Notes under the pieces: model-generated | The model's database searches: none | Told to the model about the DNA's origin: nothing | The model's input: only the letters and a program-made list of their open reading frames with translations | Program-made: the position numbers and the translations under genes | Assembly (NCBI GenBank): GCA_964016885.1 | Contig: OZ024743.1 | Span: forward strand, 235,724,001-235,788,000 | Length of the DNA stretch: 64,000 bases | Origin: Eledone cirrhosa | Lineage: Eukaryota | Direction: 5' to 3' | In this document: positions 41,660-55,654 of the stretch, one piece after another | Numbering within the stretch: position 1 is the stretch's first letter | Layout: every line of letters starts with the position of its first letter

Positions 41660-42220
41660 GTCTTCCTGGTTGCCATACTGCATATATGAAGGATGACAGC
41701 TGTATATAAAGGTGCAGGGTGATCAATATTGATGGAGGCTAGACCCAGGAAGACCAGTGACGAGGTGATAAAAGCTGACCTCGTGCAACTGAACCTCTCA
41801 AAGACAATGACACAGGATCAAGATCTTTGGTGTTATGCAGTAATACAGAAGACAGGCCCTCCCATGTGCACAGACTTAAACGTACAACTTTATACACCCA
41901 CCCACCTACTCCTCTCCACACCACCCTTTGACTATGAACAAAATATACCCAGTATACACAGCAAAGTGGTTGTGTAGGTGTCATCATAAAAAGTACCCAG
42001 TACACATTGCAAAGTGGTCATGTAGGAGTCATGGCTAAAAGCACCCAACACACACTGTAAATGTGGTTGGCGTTAGGAAGAACATCCAGCTGTAGAAACC
42101 TGACAAGAAAAAGTCCTATACGAGTAAGACATGGTCACCTGACCTAAGTTACCTCAAATGGGACAAGTTGTCTAACCCAGGCCAGCATGGAAAATGGACG
42201 TTAAACAATGATGATGAGGA
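41660..42220 (+). mobile_element. Degenerate RTE-type LINE 3' fragment
   Basis: MKDDSCI..RPRKT.DEVIKADL plus UTR and (GAT)n tail. Confidence 0.8.
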
Positions 42221-43102
42221 GGAAGCGTCCGGCACTCCAATTGGATGATCTCAAAGTATCCTGAGATAAACACTCAATATAGGGGTGCTGGTATTGAGAG
42301 AGAGGAGAGATTGAATTTTATCAGTTCCCCTATCTTGCCACCCTAGGTTCTCCAGAGAACCAGGTGTGGATAAAAGTTATATTTGGAAGACCATCTGAAG
42401 AGGTTGGATTGATATTATGGAACTGACAGACTGTATAATAGTCAAACCTGTTGAAGTATTTGTGATGGAAAATTTCCAAATAAATTGTAACAACCAATTT
42501 AGCATACTTATTCTTTACTATATATATATAGTTATGTAATATACAACATAAGGCAATTATTCCATTTACCAAAGGTTTCACGAAGACAGACGAGCTCAAC
42601 ACAGAAGGCTGAAATCGATCATCAGAAAGAAAATTTAATATGGACTTATGTTGATTATTACATAATTATATAGATCTGTAGCATTCATAGAGCACACTCT
42701 TTTCCTTTACCCTTCCTACGGAAATACTTCATATATATATATTGGATATAGACCCCGGGCTCATCTGAACACTCAACAGAACACCAGAACATATTGTAAG
42801 TGGCATGTGGGCTCCCGGTCCATCTGAGAAGTCAATAGTTCTGCTTAAGTACAACTGATTTGGTCTCCTAGTACTGATCTGCTACATTTTTATAGCGTCA
42901 AAAAGATGAAAAGTAAGAGTGAAAAGCAATACCAACTCAGCTGAGTGAGCACTTGTGTGTGTGTGGTGTGGTGTATGTGTGTGTGTGTTTTACAATCTTC
43001 TAGCCACTGATTTGTCCTTTGAGGTAATTTTTACTTGATGCTGTAATTGACGGCATTTTGCTGTTTTAGCAGCTATTCTTGCATTGAGATTTTCTTATTC
43101 TA

Positions 43103-43138
<36 letters not shown>

Positions 43139-43399
43139 TAGATGATAAAAATTCGAAGGGTCAGAGTTCAACAGAAAGAGAATTTGCTTCGAAATCACTA
43201 GACGTATCTAAGGAACTTGCGAATCTAGAGTCAGATTCGATCCACAAACAGATAGCACCTCGAGCTGTTCGCCGGAGAAACAATTGTAATACGTAATAAA
43301 TTGTGTTTCCATATTATCATACTCTGCTGCGAAGGAGCATAGAGTGCTCAACCGGCATACCGCCTATGGGCGCATCCTAGTAACCATACAACATATATA

Positions 43400-43832
43400 T
43401 ATTATACTTTGGGAGGGTGTTGTTGCTAATAAAAACACATGCACTTGTTGGTGTTCACTTTAATTTATTATAAATTTCTGGTTGATTGATTTGATAACCG
43501 GATGGTTGTTTATATATTGAGAAAGCTCTTTCATCACACATTCTGTAACCTCCTCAGTGACTGGATTTTTATATTGTCTCTCCTTTGTTCTGTCCTATAC
43601 CATCTTGTTTTTGTGAGTTGTGTGATTAAAGAGCTTTGACAATATCCTTTAAAACCTCCATGCTTCCTGAGATTCTCCAACACTACACCTACTATTCCCA
43701 CTCCATACACATACACACATGTATATCATGACTCATACACTATTCACTTCCCTGACATTTGTATATTATTCTATGTACTATACATCCACCTTTGACAAGT
43801 TGTAGTGCACCTGAGCACTGTACACAATAATT

Positions 43833-43865
<33 letters not shown>

Positions 43866-44040
43866 CATTATCTAAACAACCTTCCGGTTATCGAACCAAC
43901 GGGAAATTTATAATAAATTGAATTGAAAACCAACAGGTGCGTGTGGTTTTATTGGCACCATGACACCCGCAAAGTATAACAATATCTGTTTCAACACATG
44001 TTTTCAGATAAGAAATCTTGCAAAACAGATTTTAAAATGA
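43400..44040. mobile_element. Rearranged PLE terminal repeats (family of 48530-49540) interrupted by a CR1 3' tip (43643-43865, plus)
   Basis: Inverted and direct copies of the 49280-49540 terminus; CR1 tail gtgcacctgagcactgtacacaataatttc(att)n. Confidence 0.7.
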
Positions 44041-44225
44041 AGCATATATATATAGTAGTAGTAATAATAAATACATGCTTAAACTTTTAAGTTTAAGCAT
44101 ACAATTTCTGCTTTCACCCCAGGGTGAAACAAAAAATTGTTTGCTTAAACTTTTAATTTCTGTTAATACTTATATATATATTGAAATAGAAAGATAAGGC
44201 TTCACCATAACTTTAGAATGTATAA

Positions 44226-44970
44226 TATAGTCTAATAATTGTTTCTACTTTTGGCACAAGGCCAGCAATTACCCAGTACATTACTGGTACTTTATTTTAT
44301 CGACCCCGTAAGGATGAAAGGCAAAGTTAACCTCGGCGGGATTTGAACTCAGACTGTAAAGGGACGTAACTATGCTAGAAAGTATGGCGTCCAACCCTCT
44401 ACCGATACTGCCAATTCACCGCCCCATAATATAGTCTAATAATGGGTTTATCCCGACTCAACAAAAAAGGATGGGAACCCACACCTCATGTTTGTTGGAT
44501 AAGTATGTTGTGTGCTGACACCCACCTTCTCCATTCAGTGTGTTTATACATCCCATTATTAGACTATAAGGCGGTGAATTGGCAGTATCGGTAGAAGGTC
44601 GGACACCATGCTTTGACCCATAGAGTTACGGCCCTTTCCATTCCGAGTTCAAATCCCGCCGAGGTTAACTTTGCCTTTCATCCTTACGGGGTCGATAAAA
44701 TAAAGTACCAGTAATGTACTGGGTAATTGATGGCCTTGTGCCAAAAGTAGAAACAATTATTAGACTATAAGGCGGTGGATTGGCAGTATCGGTAGAGGGT
44801 CGGACGCCATGCTTTGACGCATAGAGTTACGTCCCTTTACGATCTGAGTTCAAATCCCGCCGAGGTTAACTTTGCCTTTCATTCTTACGTGGTCGATAAA
44901 ATAAAGTACCAGTAATGCACTGGTTAATTGCTGGCCTTGTGGCAAAAGTAGAAACAATTATTAGACTATA
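44226..44970. mobile_element. Three tRNA-SINEs (one minus, two plus), each bounded by the same 14-bp sequence
   Basis: attattagactata, or its complement, at 44226, 44430, 44555, 44756 and 44957. Confidence 0.9.
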
Positions 44971-45579
44971 ATATGGCGAAGCTTTATATTTCAATTTCAA
45001 ATATTGCTTGCAGCTTTCTAAACATACTTTCTTTACTTTATATGTGTATATACACACACACACACACATATATATATAGGTTTGACTGTAGAAACAAGAG
45101 AGACAAAACTCAATGCATGGGTAGAATGATATATATATATATTATTATAACTGTGAAGATGTATAGACTTGATGGTCCCAGGAGTTTTGTGTTTATAGGT
45201 ACTTGTCAAAGTTCAGGACAAAACTTCTGGTTGTCAACCCCACTGGTAATAGTTTTAACAGCTATAATAAATACATTAATGGTTTCTAATATTGGGATGA
45301 AGCCAATGATTTGATGAGAATGAAAAGTCTATTATATGAAGCTCAGTACTTAACTGGCACTTTATTTTATTGACTCCGGATGAAAGGTAAGTTGATCTAA
45401 ACAGTAATTTAACTCAGAATATAAGGAGCCACAACAAATACCACAAAGTATTTTTTCTGACTCTAACAATTCTGTCAACCCACTGTCATGATGATGATAC
45501 ATTTAATATAAATGTATAAACACATAGAAACACTTATATGCATTTGTATGTGTTTATCTCTCTCTATATGTATATATAT

Positions 45580-45765
45580 CAAGTTTAATATAGAAATGGC
45601 TTCTACAAGACTAGAACTGTCTCATTTAAAAGAAATCATCAGGAAAGCCTTGATGATTTCTTTTGAATGAAACAGTTCTAGTCCTGTAGAAGCCATTTCT
45701 ATAATAAACTTGATGTTTACATTCTACTAATATATTGAGTACCTTACTAACTGTGGTTACCCCCA
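45580..45765. mobile_element. Fold-back PLE-like end with degenerate hammerhead cores
   Basis: About 70-bp inverted arms centred near 45655; (c/t)tgatga-tttcttttgaat-gaaac. Confidence 0.65.
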
Positions 45766-46139
45766 ATATATATATATATACACACATACATCATCATTGT
45801 TTTATCATCCACTTTCCCTGCTAGCATGGGTTGGACAGGTCTATAAGAACCAAGACAGTACTGAAGCTGAGCCAGTGATCTCCCAGACAGGACAAAGATC
45901 TGTGTCTTGTTTTTTGTATGGTCAATGCTCCACCGAGTGCAGAGAGGAAGTTGTCCTGTCTTTGACATTGATAGATATATAATATATATATGCTACAGAG
46001 GCCCGACGAGCTTTTGATTCCAGAGTCGGGCCAGATCGATACAGATCGAACCTTGAGCTGATCAATAGCGAAATGTACATCACCAACCAATAAACGTAAT
46101 GAAGGAGTAAACACTCATCCTTCTATTATTATATATATA

Positions 46140-46710
46140 TATCATCATCATCACCGTTTTACGTCCGTTCTTCCACGCTAGCATGGGTTAGACGGGTTGT
46201 CCTGTTGTGGGCAGTGTCTGGTCGGCTGACCATGCCTTGCTCATACAGGAACTGATTTGGCTCGATTTCTACAGCTGGATGCCCTTCCTAACACCAACCT
46301 CATTTACAGTGAGTGCTGGGTGCTTTTTCGTGGCGCCTACACATCCACTTTACAGTGTGGGCTGGGTGCTTTTTTGCCGTGGCACCTCCACGACCACCTT
46401 GCAGTGGGGGGTGTGGGGGCATATTGTCTATATGCTTCAGCTTGTACCCATGGGAGGTCGGGTACTCTGTATTACTGTGTGACACCAGAGGTCACGGTCG
46501 TGTCTCATCGCCTTTGAGAGGTGTAATTGGGTAAGGTCGGCTTTTATCACCTCATCCCAGGTCATCTTGGGTCTCCCCACTCCGCGGTTTCCATCGACTT
46601 CTACCTAGTTATTGTACTTTCTGAACACCCACCTCCGCTGCTAATTCGGTCACCTAGGTAGCAGAAGCTGTCTACTGTTTCTACAGAGCCCTCCCAGAGA
46701 TTGGTGGTAC
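46140..46710 (-). mobile_element. RTE-type LINE fragment with internal deletion
   Basis: GSVETVDSFCYLGDRISSGGGCSE is joined directly to the terminal VDGNRGVGRPKMTWDEV region and UTR. Confidence 0.8.
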
Positions 46711-47188
46711 TTGTTTCCTGATATATATATATATATATATATATTGTATGTATATTTATGTATTTATGTATGTGCATGCATGTATATATATATATATGTA
46801 TGTATATATATATGTATGTGCATGTATGTATATGTATATACATATATATACCAAGGAAGTAATGATTCTATAAGTAGTAGTAACAGTAGAAAAAATGAGA
46901 TGAGGTGTTTTGGAATGATGGAATGTCAGTTTGTTGAATAAAGGAATATACTTAAAAAAGAACACATCCTAGAGATTGGTCATTGTATGAGAGTATTAGA
47001 AAGAGATTGACTATTATGGTGTTATGGTAGCAACAACCACAACAATGGAGAAACACTACAACAGCACCAGATACACCTAGCACAAGACTGTCATTCCGTA
47101 ATTCTTTCATTCTTTTAATCTTGTTATACTAATAATAGACATTGATAAAATGAAAGAAGGTGAAGGTGAATAGACAGAAATAAGGTCG

Positions 47189-47580
47189 ATGGTGATGATG
47201 GTGATGATGGTGATGGTGGTGATGGTGGTGATGGTGATGGTGGTGATGGTGATGGTGGTGATGGTGATGGTGGTGATGGTGATGGTGGTGATGGTGGTGA
47301 TGGTGGTGGTGGTGATGGTAGTGATGGTGATGGTGATGGTGGTGGTGGTGGTGATGGTGGTGGTGATGGTGATGGTGGTGGTGGTGGTGATGGTGGTGAT
47401 GATGGTGGTGGTGATGGTGGTGGTTGGTGGTGGTGGTGATTGGTGGTGGTGGTGGTGATGGTGGTGATGATGATGGTGATGATGATGGTGATGATGATGG
47501 TGATGATGGTGGTGGTGGTGATGGTGATTGTGGTGGTGGTGATGGTGGTGGTGAGATTGTTATTGTTGTAGTTGTTGAGT
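47189..47580. repeat. (GAT/GGT)n trinucleotide repeat
   Basis: Seen directly. Confidence 0.95.
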
Positions 47581-47654
47581 TGTGTTTAAAAAACACAAGA
47601 TAACACAAAAGCAAACTAGATCACTTTATATACTGCTAAACTATATATTGATGA

Positions 47655-48181
47655 TATATATACAATATATTAACAAATGGAAACTATATTTATTTCATTA
47701 TACATATTTCAAGGGCCACCAAGGCAAACTATGGTGCGCTTTCATCAGATAAAATATAATATAGGTTAGTTTTATAAATAAATATTGACATACCCTGAAA
47801 AAATGCAACCATTTTGGTTGGAGATTCCAACCAGAATGGTTGCATTTTTTCAGGGTATGTCAATATTTATTTATAAAACTAACCTATATTATATTTTATC
47901 TGATGAAAGCGCACCATAGTTTGCCTTGGTGGCCCTTGAAATATGTATAATGAAATAAATATGGTTTTATAAATATAGTTTTCATTTGTTAATATATTGT
48001 ATATATACTCCAATAATTTGTTGAGTGCTTTATATCATTTATAAAAATATTTTGCTTGTTGTATCCCAACAAATTAAATATAACTACACATATATATATA
48101 TATATGTAGTTATATTTAATTTGTTGGGATACAACAAGCAAAATATTTTTATAACTGATATAAAGCACTCAACAAATTATA
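47655..48181. mobile_element. Double-palindromic PLE end
   Basis: About 165-bp inverted arms centred at about 47824; a second palindrome of about 75-bp arms centred on (TA)n at about 48097. Confidence 0.8.
47892..47957 (+). ncRNA. Type I hammerhead ribozyme (mirror copy on the minus strand at 47691-47756)
   Basis: TATTTTAT-CTGATGA-aagcgcacca..tggtggccctt-GAA-ATA-TG-TAT-A-ATGAAATA: 8-bp stem I and complete core. Confidence 0.75.
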
Positions 48182-48327
48182 AATAAATTTAGGCCAGAAT
48201 TAGCCGTCGAAACGGCTTGAGCTCAGCTGTCGGGGTCCTACTTGTTCCTATTACCCACTCTACTACCTTAAGTATTGAGTACTTTGGTGCGTTATGGTCC
48301 ACCTGGTTCCTTACCACATTTCCTTCG

Positions 48328-48364
<37 letters not shown>

Positions 48365-48484
48365 TATACATACAGCCAAACATATATGTAACATCCATTC
48401 TAGCATGGGTCAGACAAACCATATACACACAATCCTTTGCTAGCAGGGAAAGCAGTTGTTAAATGATGATGATGATTATAGGTG

Positions 48485-48529
<45 letters not shown>

Positions 48530-48533
<4 letters not shown>

Positions 48534-49540
48534 TCTGAATTTGTTTAGCAAGATTCTTTATCTGAAAACGTGTGTTGAAACCGATATTGTTATGATTTGG
48601 GAGGGTCATGTTGCCAATAAGAAACACATGCACCAGTTGCTTTCACTCCAATTTATTATAAATTTAGAAGGGCCCCAGATAAACATAAACTTAATATTAA
48701 GATAGTAAAAAGACCAGGTACCTCCATAAACACACTTATTAGCAATACATACCCTTTTCAAAGACCTCCCTGTATAGATAAGAAATGCATAATCTGTAAA
48801 CTAAGCCCATATATATATAACTGTAAAACTAGAAATGTAGTATATAGCATAAGATGTACTGAAGGACAATGTAAAGATAAGAATATAGTGTACATAGGTG
48901 AGACAGCTCGTAGTATAGGAGAACGGTTAAATGAACACTGGCGAGAACTTCAAGATAAAAAAGAATCATCCATACTCCACCAACATGCTAAAATAGAACA
49001 TAAGGGCAAATTAGAGAACATAGAAATAGAAATAGAATCTACACACAGAAAAGACGCAATGTTTAGACAAATCAGAGGCAATAAACATAAATGAACTCTA
49101 ACCAAAATTAAATAGAAAACATGAATGGAATAGCAACATCACAACTTACAATTAAGGACAAAATGAAAACACACACGCACATAGAACAAACAACCAACCA
49201 GTAACATGTAAATAAACAAATATAAACACACACAGACACCCAGATGTAACACATGCGCAAACTAAGCACGCAACACACACAAAAACAAGATGGCGTAGGA
49301 CAGAACAAAGGAGAGGCACAAAAACAAAGAAAAGAATCCCCAGTCACTGAAGAGGTCACAGAATGTGTGACGAAAGAACTTTGACAATATATGAACAACT
49401 GTCTGGTTATGGAACCAACCAACCAACCGGAAATTTATAAATTCTTAAATTTATAAATTTAATTTATAATAAATTGGAGTGAAAGCAACTGGTGCGTGTG
49501 TTTCTTATTGGCAACATGACCCTCCCAAAGCATAACTATA
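48530..49540 (+). mobile_element. 5'-truncated Penelope-like retroelement with GIY-YIG endonuclease (Neptune-like) and inverted 5' terminal repeat
   Basis: PCIDKKCIIC..CKTRNVVYSIRC..C..YIGETARSIGERLNEH..LHQH at 48750-49090. 48590-48665 is the reverse complement of 49465-49540. Confidence 0.88.
49343..49385 (+). ncRNA. Minimal type I hammerhead ribozyme in the PLE 3' region
   Basis: GTCA-CTGAAGA-g-GTCACA-gaatg-TGTGAC-GAAA-G-AA-C-T-T-TGAC; stem III is minimal. Confidence 0.7.
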
Positions 49541-49666
49541 TATATATATATATATTAGAAAATAGAATATCTTTCACTGTATTTTTGACTAAAGGAATTT
49601 TAGCCTGATAATGGGGTTTAGAACCCTCAGATAAATGGAAAAAGATGAGTATTGCATACTTACTTG

Positions 49667-49698
<32 letters not shown>

Positions 49699-49962
49699 GT
49701 TCATCACAAAGCATGGAACATTGTTTATCATTAAATATGAAATAAACTGTAAATGTCACCTTTACACATACATATCATCATCATCATCGTTTAACGTCTA
49801 TCTTCCATGCTAGCATATACACACGTATATATATATATACATATACATACACCTGTATAATCAAACATGCACATCTATATATACATGCATACCTATCTTT
49901 GGTAATGATACCTCTCTCTCTATCTTTCTTTATATAATCTCTCTCTATATATATATACACAA

Positions 49963-49994
<32 letters not shown>

Positions 49995-50534
49995 AACTCC
50001 CGCCCACACACATCTGTATGATCAAACATATCAATATATATATATACATATATATATATACATATATATATACACACACATACACATATATGCCTATATG
50101 ATCAAACACACCAATATACATATATATTTAATATATATACACACACACATAAATACATATACATACACACATATATATATATATATGTCTATATGATCAA
50201 ACGGCTCACTATATACACACATATATAGACTGACAGAGATATGTAAGCAACAAACACACTCATGTATGAAGAGTACTACCATATTTATGCTGGTTGAGCC
50301 TGTCTTGTTCCAGAGATGACCACCTCGTGTTCTCCATAGCCGAGAAAATGACAGATACAGCGGCCAGCGACTCTCAGCTGGTTAGAACCAATAGCAACAA
50401 CAACAACTACAACAATATGAAGAGCGTGGTGTTACTTCTTCCATCCAAATATCACATCTGCTGTCTATCTTCCTAAAATTCTAGTGTATGACTTTAGTAG
50501 TAAATACCGCAAACAGACTGATGTAACAGCTATT

Positions 50535-51038
50535 TATATAGACATACATATATACACACATGTATACACACATGCATATATATACACACATGGAGACGTA
50601 TATATATATACACACATGCACATACATACATACATGGAGATGCACATACACATACATACATACATATATACGTATATATATATATACACGTATATATATA
50701 TATATACATACATATATATACACGTATATATATATACATACATATACATACACATATATATATATACATACATATACATACACGTATATATATATACATA
50801 CATATATATACACGTATATATATATACATACATATATATACACGTATATATATACACGTATATATATATACATACATATATATACATGTATATATATACA
50901 CGTATATATATATACATACATATATATACATGTATATATATATACATACATACATATATATACACGTATATATATATATACATACATATATATATATACA
51001 CGTATATATATATACATACATATATATATATACACGTA

Positions 51039-51078
<40 letters not shown>

Positions 51079-52560
51079 CACGTATATATATATACATACA
51101 TACATACACATACATGTATATATATATACATACATACACATACATATATATATACATACATACACATACATATATATATACATACATACACATACATATA
51201 TATATACATACATACACATACATATATATATACATACATACACATACATATATATATACATACATACACATATATATACATACATACACATACATATATA
51301 TGTATATATATATACATACATATGTATATATATATACATACATATATATGTATATATATATACATACATATACATGTATATATATATACATACATATATA
51401 TGTATATATATATACATACATATACATGTATATATATATACATACATATATATGTATATATATATACATACATATACATGTATATATATATACATACATA
51501 CACATGTATATATATATACATACATACACATACATATATATGTATATATATATACATACATATACATGTATATATATATACATACATATATATGTATATA
51601 TATATACATACATATATATGTATATATATATACATACATATACATGTATATATATATACATACATATACATGTATATATATATACATACATATACATGTA
51701 TATATATATACATATACATACATATATATATACATACATACACATACATATATATGTATATATATATACATATATACACATACATATATATGTATATACA
51801 TATATACACATACATATATATGTATATATATATACATATATACACATACATATATATGTATATATATATACATATATATATACACATACATATATATGTA
51901 TATATATATACATACATATATACACATACATATATATGTATATATATATACATACATATATACACATACATATATATGTATATATATATACATACATATA
52001 TACACATACATATATATGTATATATATATACATACATATATACACATACATATATATGTATATATATATACATACATATATACACATACATATATATGTA
52101 TATATATATATACATACATACATATGCATACATATATATACATACATATATACACATATATACACATACATATATATGTATATATATATACATACATATA
52201 TACATATGCATACATATATATGTATATATATATACATATATACACATACATATATATGTATATATATATACATATATATATACACATACATATATATGTA
52301 TATATATATACATATATATATACACATACATATATATGTATATATATATACATACATATATACACATACATATATATGTATATATATATACATACATATA
52401 TACACATACATATATATGTATATATATATACATACATATATACTTACATACATAAATACACATATACATACATACATCTACATTAATACATACACACACA
52501 CATATTTATACATACACACACACACACATATATATACACACACACATTTATGTATATATA
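50535..52560. repeat. 2-kb (TA/CA/TG) compound microsatellite
   Basis: Alternating purine-pyrimidine tract with about 38-bp higher-order units in its right part. Confidence 0.97.
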
Positions 52561-53214
52561 TCAGTAAATAAGAAGATGAGTGGAACTGCCAGTTTGGTAT
52601 TTTTCCATGTACTTCCTGCAGACAAACTCAGAGAAAGTCATAGCGGAGATAACAAGTGTCTTGAGAGAGAGGGGGAGGGATAGAGAGAGTGAGAGAAAGA
52701 AAGAGCAATAGAGAGATAAACTCAGAACTATACGGAAGAAATTACATTTGGAGCTAAAAATGTGAAAAAAAAAAACGTTTAAAAAAAAAATCAAAAAAAA
52801 AAAAAAAAAATCAATAAATATGTTGAATAAAAAATTTTAAAAATAAATTTTAATTATAAAAAGAATATGGCAGAGATTGTTAAACGAAAATGAGTATGTG
52901 TATATATACATATGTATTATGTAAGTGTATGCATATATGTATTATGTAAGTGTGTGTGTATGTATGTATTTATTATGTAAGTGAGTGTACATGTATATAT
53001 GCATTATGTAAGTGTGTGTATAAAATATGTATTAATAAGTGTGTGTATGTCATCATCATCACCGTTTTACGTCTGTTCTTCCACGCTAGCATGGGATAGA
53101 CGGAAAAAGCATCTACTTCAAAAGCGAAGCGTGTTGAGGTTGACAGGAGTTGAACATGTGAGCACTAGTTTCCAAGTTTAATACGCTACCCAATGACCCA
53201 CAAGGGGGGGGGGG

Positions 53215-53255
<41 letters not shown>

Positions 53256-53399
53256 ATAATAATGATGAAGACCAAAATCCAAAGAGGGCTTCATAAGGAT
53301 TGTATATATAAAACAGCAATTCTTTGCTTAAACTCTAATGTGTGTGTATATATATATATATATATAGTATGTGTATATATATATATATACATACACATG

Positions 53400-54595
53400 A
53401 AAAATCGTGCACTTATGGGTTCTACAACCCTCGCCAAAAAAATCTGGGAACTTAAGGACAATAACACCAACTACAGTATCAACTGGTCGAGGTTGTCGGC
53501 CACAAAGACCTACAGTACCGGTATGTCCCACTGTAGGCTCTGTGATCTAGAATTGCTATATATCCTTAGAAATGTAAAAAGGCTACTCAACAACAAGCTA
53601 GAAAGATCTATCTTCTGCAGACACAGGATCGCCACTAAATTCACAAGATTTAAGCCTCCGTGAATCGAACCGACGTAACTTAGCTTTCACCTTAGGATAC
53701 CCACTATACTGCACGAACCACCACAGAAATATAATCATTAAGTACATTCTAGCCTTCTTAGTTCTATACCACACTAATGTCTGTAAGTACCTTATCAATC
53801 CATAAATATATCTCTTCTCAGCTGCTGTCAACACAACTTCCTCACCCTTGACTCTCAACAAATGAACCTAAATCCAAGAACATTTCAAAATACTACTAGA
53901 GCAGAACTTTACCTTCCTCCTGTTATAATTATAGTCAGCATGTTTTCTCTTTATATATATATATATATTGCCTCCTTAACCCCTGTATTAACTTGCCTAT
54001 TATATTGCTACTCTGTTAATGTTATCTTATACATGTATGTTATTAATGATGAGAAAGCTAGACAACCCTTTCATCTAATATAGACCACACAAATATTACT
54101 ATCCTCACCACAGTGATAAATTCTTCATCTGTCAGATAATAAATGATTCTTACGGCCACCAGACATACATTGTTTAAAGCCACCGGCTTATCTTTACACT
54201 ATATATAATACACCCCATGACAGCTTTTACATGTCAATTTTATACATCTGCCCCATGTCAGCTAGTTTTACACGCTAAAATCGTAGATATACTATACTTC
54301 CCACCTAGATTGATGTTGTGATTATTTCAAATAATTTATTGCTAGCATTGTTAGTATTGTTGTTAATGTTCTGATTGAATGCCATTACTACTATATATAG
54401 TAGCCATGCCTGTATATTCCTTTCATTCTCACAAGCTCCTATGAATTGACTGGTTATAACTTTGTATTGGTGATCGAATAACCTGAAAACAAGCGGATAG
54501 CGATCTCTAGACCTACCAGTTCAGAGAAACAATTGTCAGCACTGAGATTAAAAACCTTTTTTGTATAGCAAACCGTGTCACTCTTCTTTCTTGAT
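53400..54595 (+). mobile_element. PLE 3' fragment (Naiad-like C-terminus) with long 3' UTR
   Basis: STTLAKKIWELK..YSINW..Y..CRLCDLE..I..LNNKLE..CRH is the GIY-YIG C-terminal pattern of this PLE group. A degenerate hammerhead end gaaacaattgtc lies near 54530. Confidence 0.7.
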
Positions 54596-54867
54596 TTATA
54601 TATATATATACATATATATATATATACACACAATGTGAAGGCGTGTGGTTGATTGGTTAGAGAATTGGATTCGAATCTTGAGGTTGTGAGTTTGATTTCT
54701 GGACCGGGTGATGCGTTATGTCCTTGGGCAAGACACTTTATTTCATGTTGCCCCTTCTACCTGGAGCTGTGACCGATAGATAGTATAAGCAACTGGAAAA
54801 ACAACGGAAACATTGTTTTCTCGGTCCGATTTGACGAAAGTCGATCGATCTTTTATTATATATAGTA

Positions 54868-54914
<47 letters not shown>

Positions 54915-55654
54915 TGTGTGTGTATATATAATCATTTTACATTTATCTCCATGTTTGTATGGGTTTGATGGGTCTTTTCTAGCCCAGCCTGCCTCTCCTT
55001 GTTGTGCTCCGCCCCTCCATCACTATCACTCGCACCACCACCATCACTATCACCCCATCCCCCAACCCCACATCACTATCACCCACCAACCCCCATCACT
55101 ATCACTCCATCCCCCACCCCCACATCACTATCACCCACCAACCCCCATCACTATCACAACTATCACCCCCACCCCCATCACTGTCACCCACCTCTACCAC
55201 CCTGATTATCATCATCATCATCCTCTATACAATACAGCCATGGTAACACGAGATGTAGCAGGTTTACTAATCTAATGTTCAGTGTAAGGTTACTATGGAA
55301 TACCGGCACCTAATACATTGTATGAGAGGAAGTTTGGAGGAGGTTCGGAGTTGAGGTTGTGGCCAACTGGTGGCTCATATGACACAAGACTTGCTACTTT
55401 GATTCACAGAGAATTTTACCTTTTTATCTTTCTATCTTTCGCCTGTCAAATCATATTACCAACTAGACAGAAAAATAAAATTCCATTTTCAACTGTAAAA
55501 TGGTGTAGTCATATTCCACAGTTGCATGGCAGAATTAAATATCACCACCACCACCATCATCCTGTGCTGGCATGGGTCAATGGTTGGAGAACCATGCCTT
55601 GACACTTAGGTTTAATATTTTGTATAGCTTCTATAGCTGAATGTCCTTCCTAAT

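Noticed and set aside
44570-44660. tRNA-like A/B boxes
   Set aside because: SINE heads with no cloverleaf, followed by SINE core and tail.
47129-47614. Poly-His/Pro ORF
   Set aside because: Trinucleotide repeat.
50280-50337. Possible alternative first AHCYL exon (MENTRWSSLEQDRLNQHKY, phase 1, minus strand)
   Set aside because: The phase fits exon 20720, but the donor (G|gtagta) is weak and the peptide has no recognisable homology; needs transcript data.
50481-52571. Several 500-700-aa ORFs
   Set aside because: The alternating purine-pyrimidine microsatellite lacks stops in all frames.
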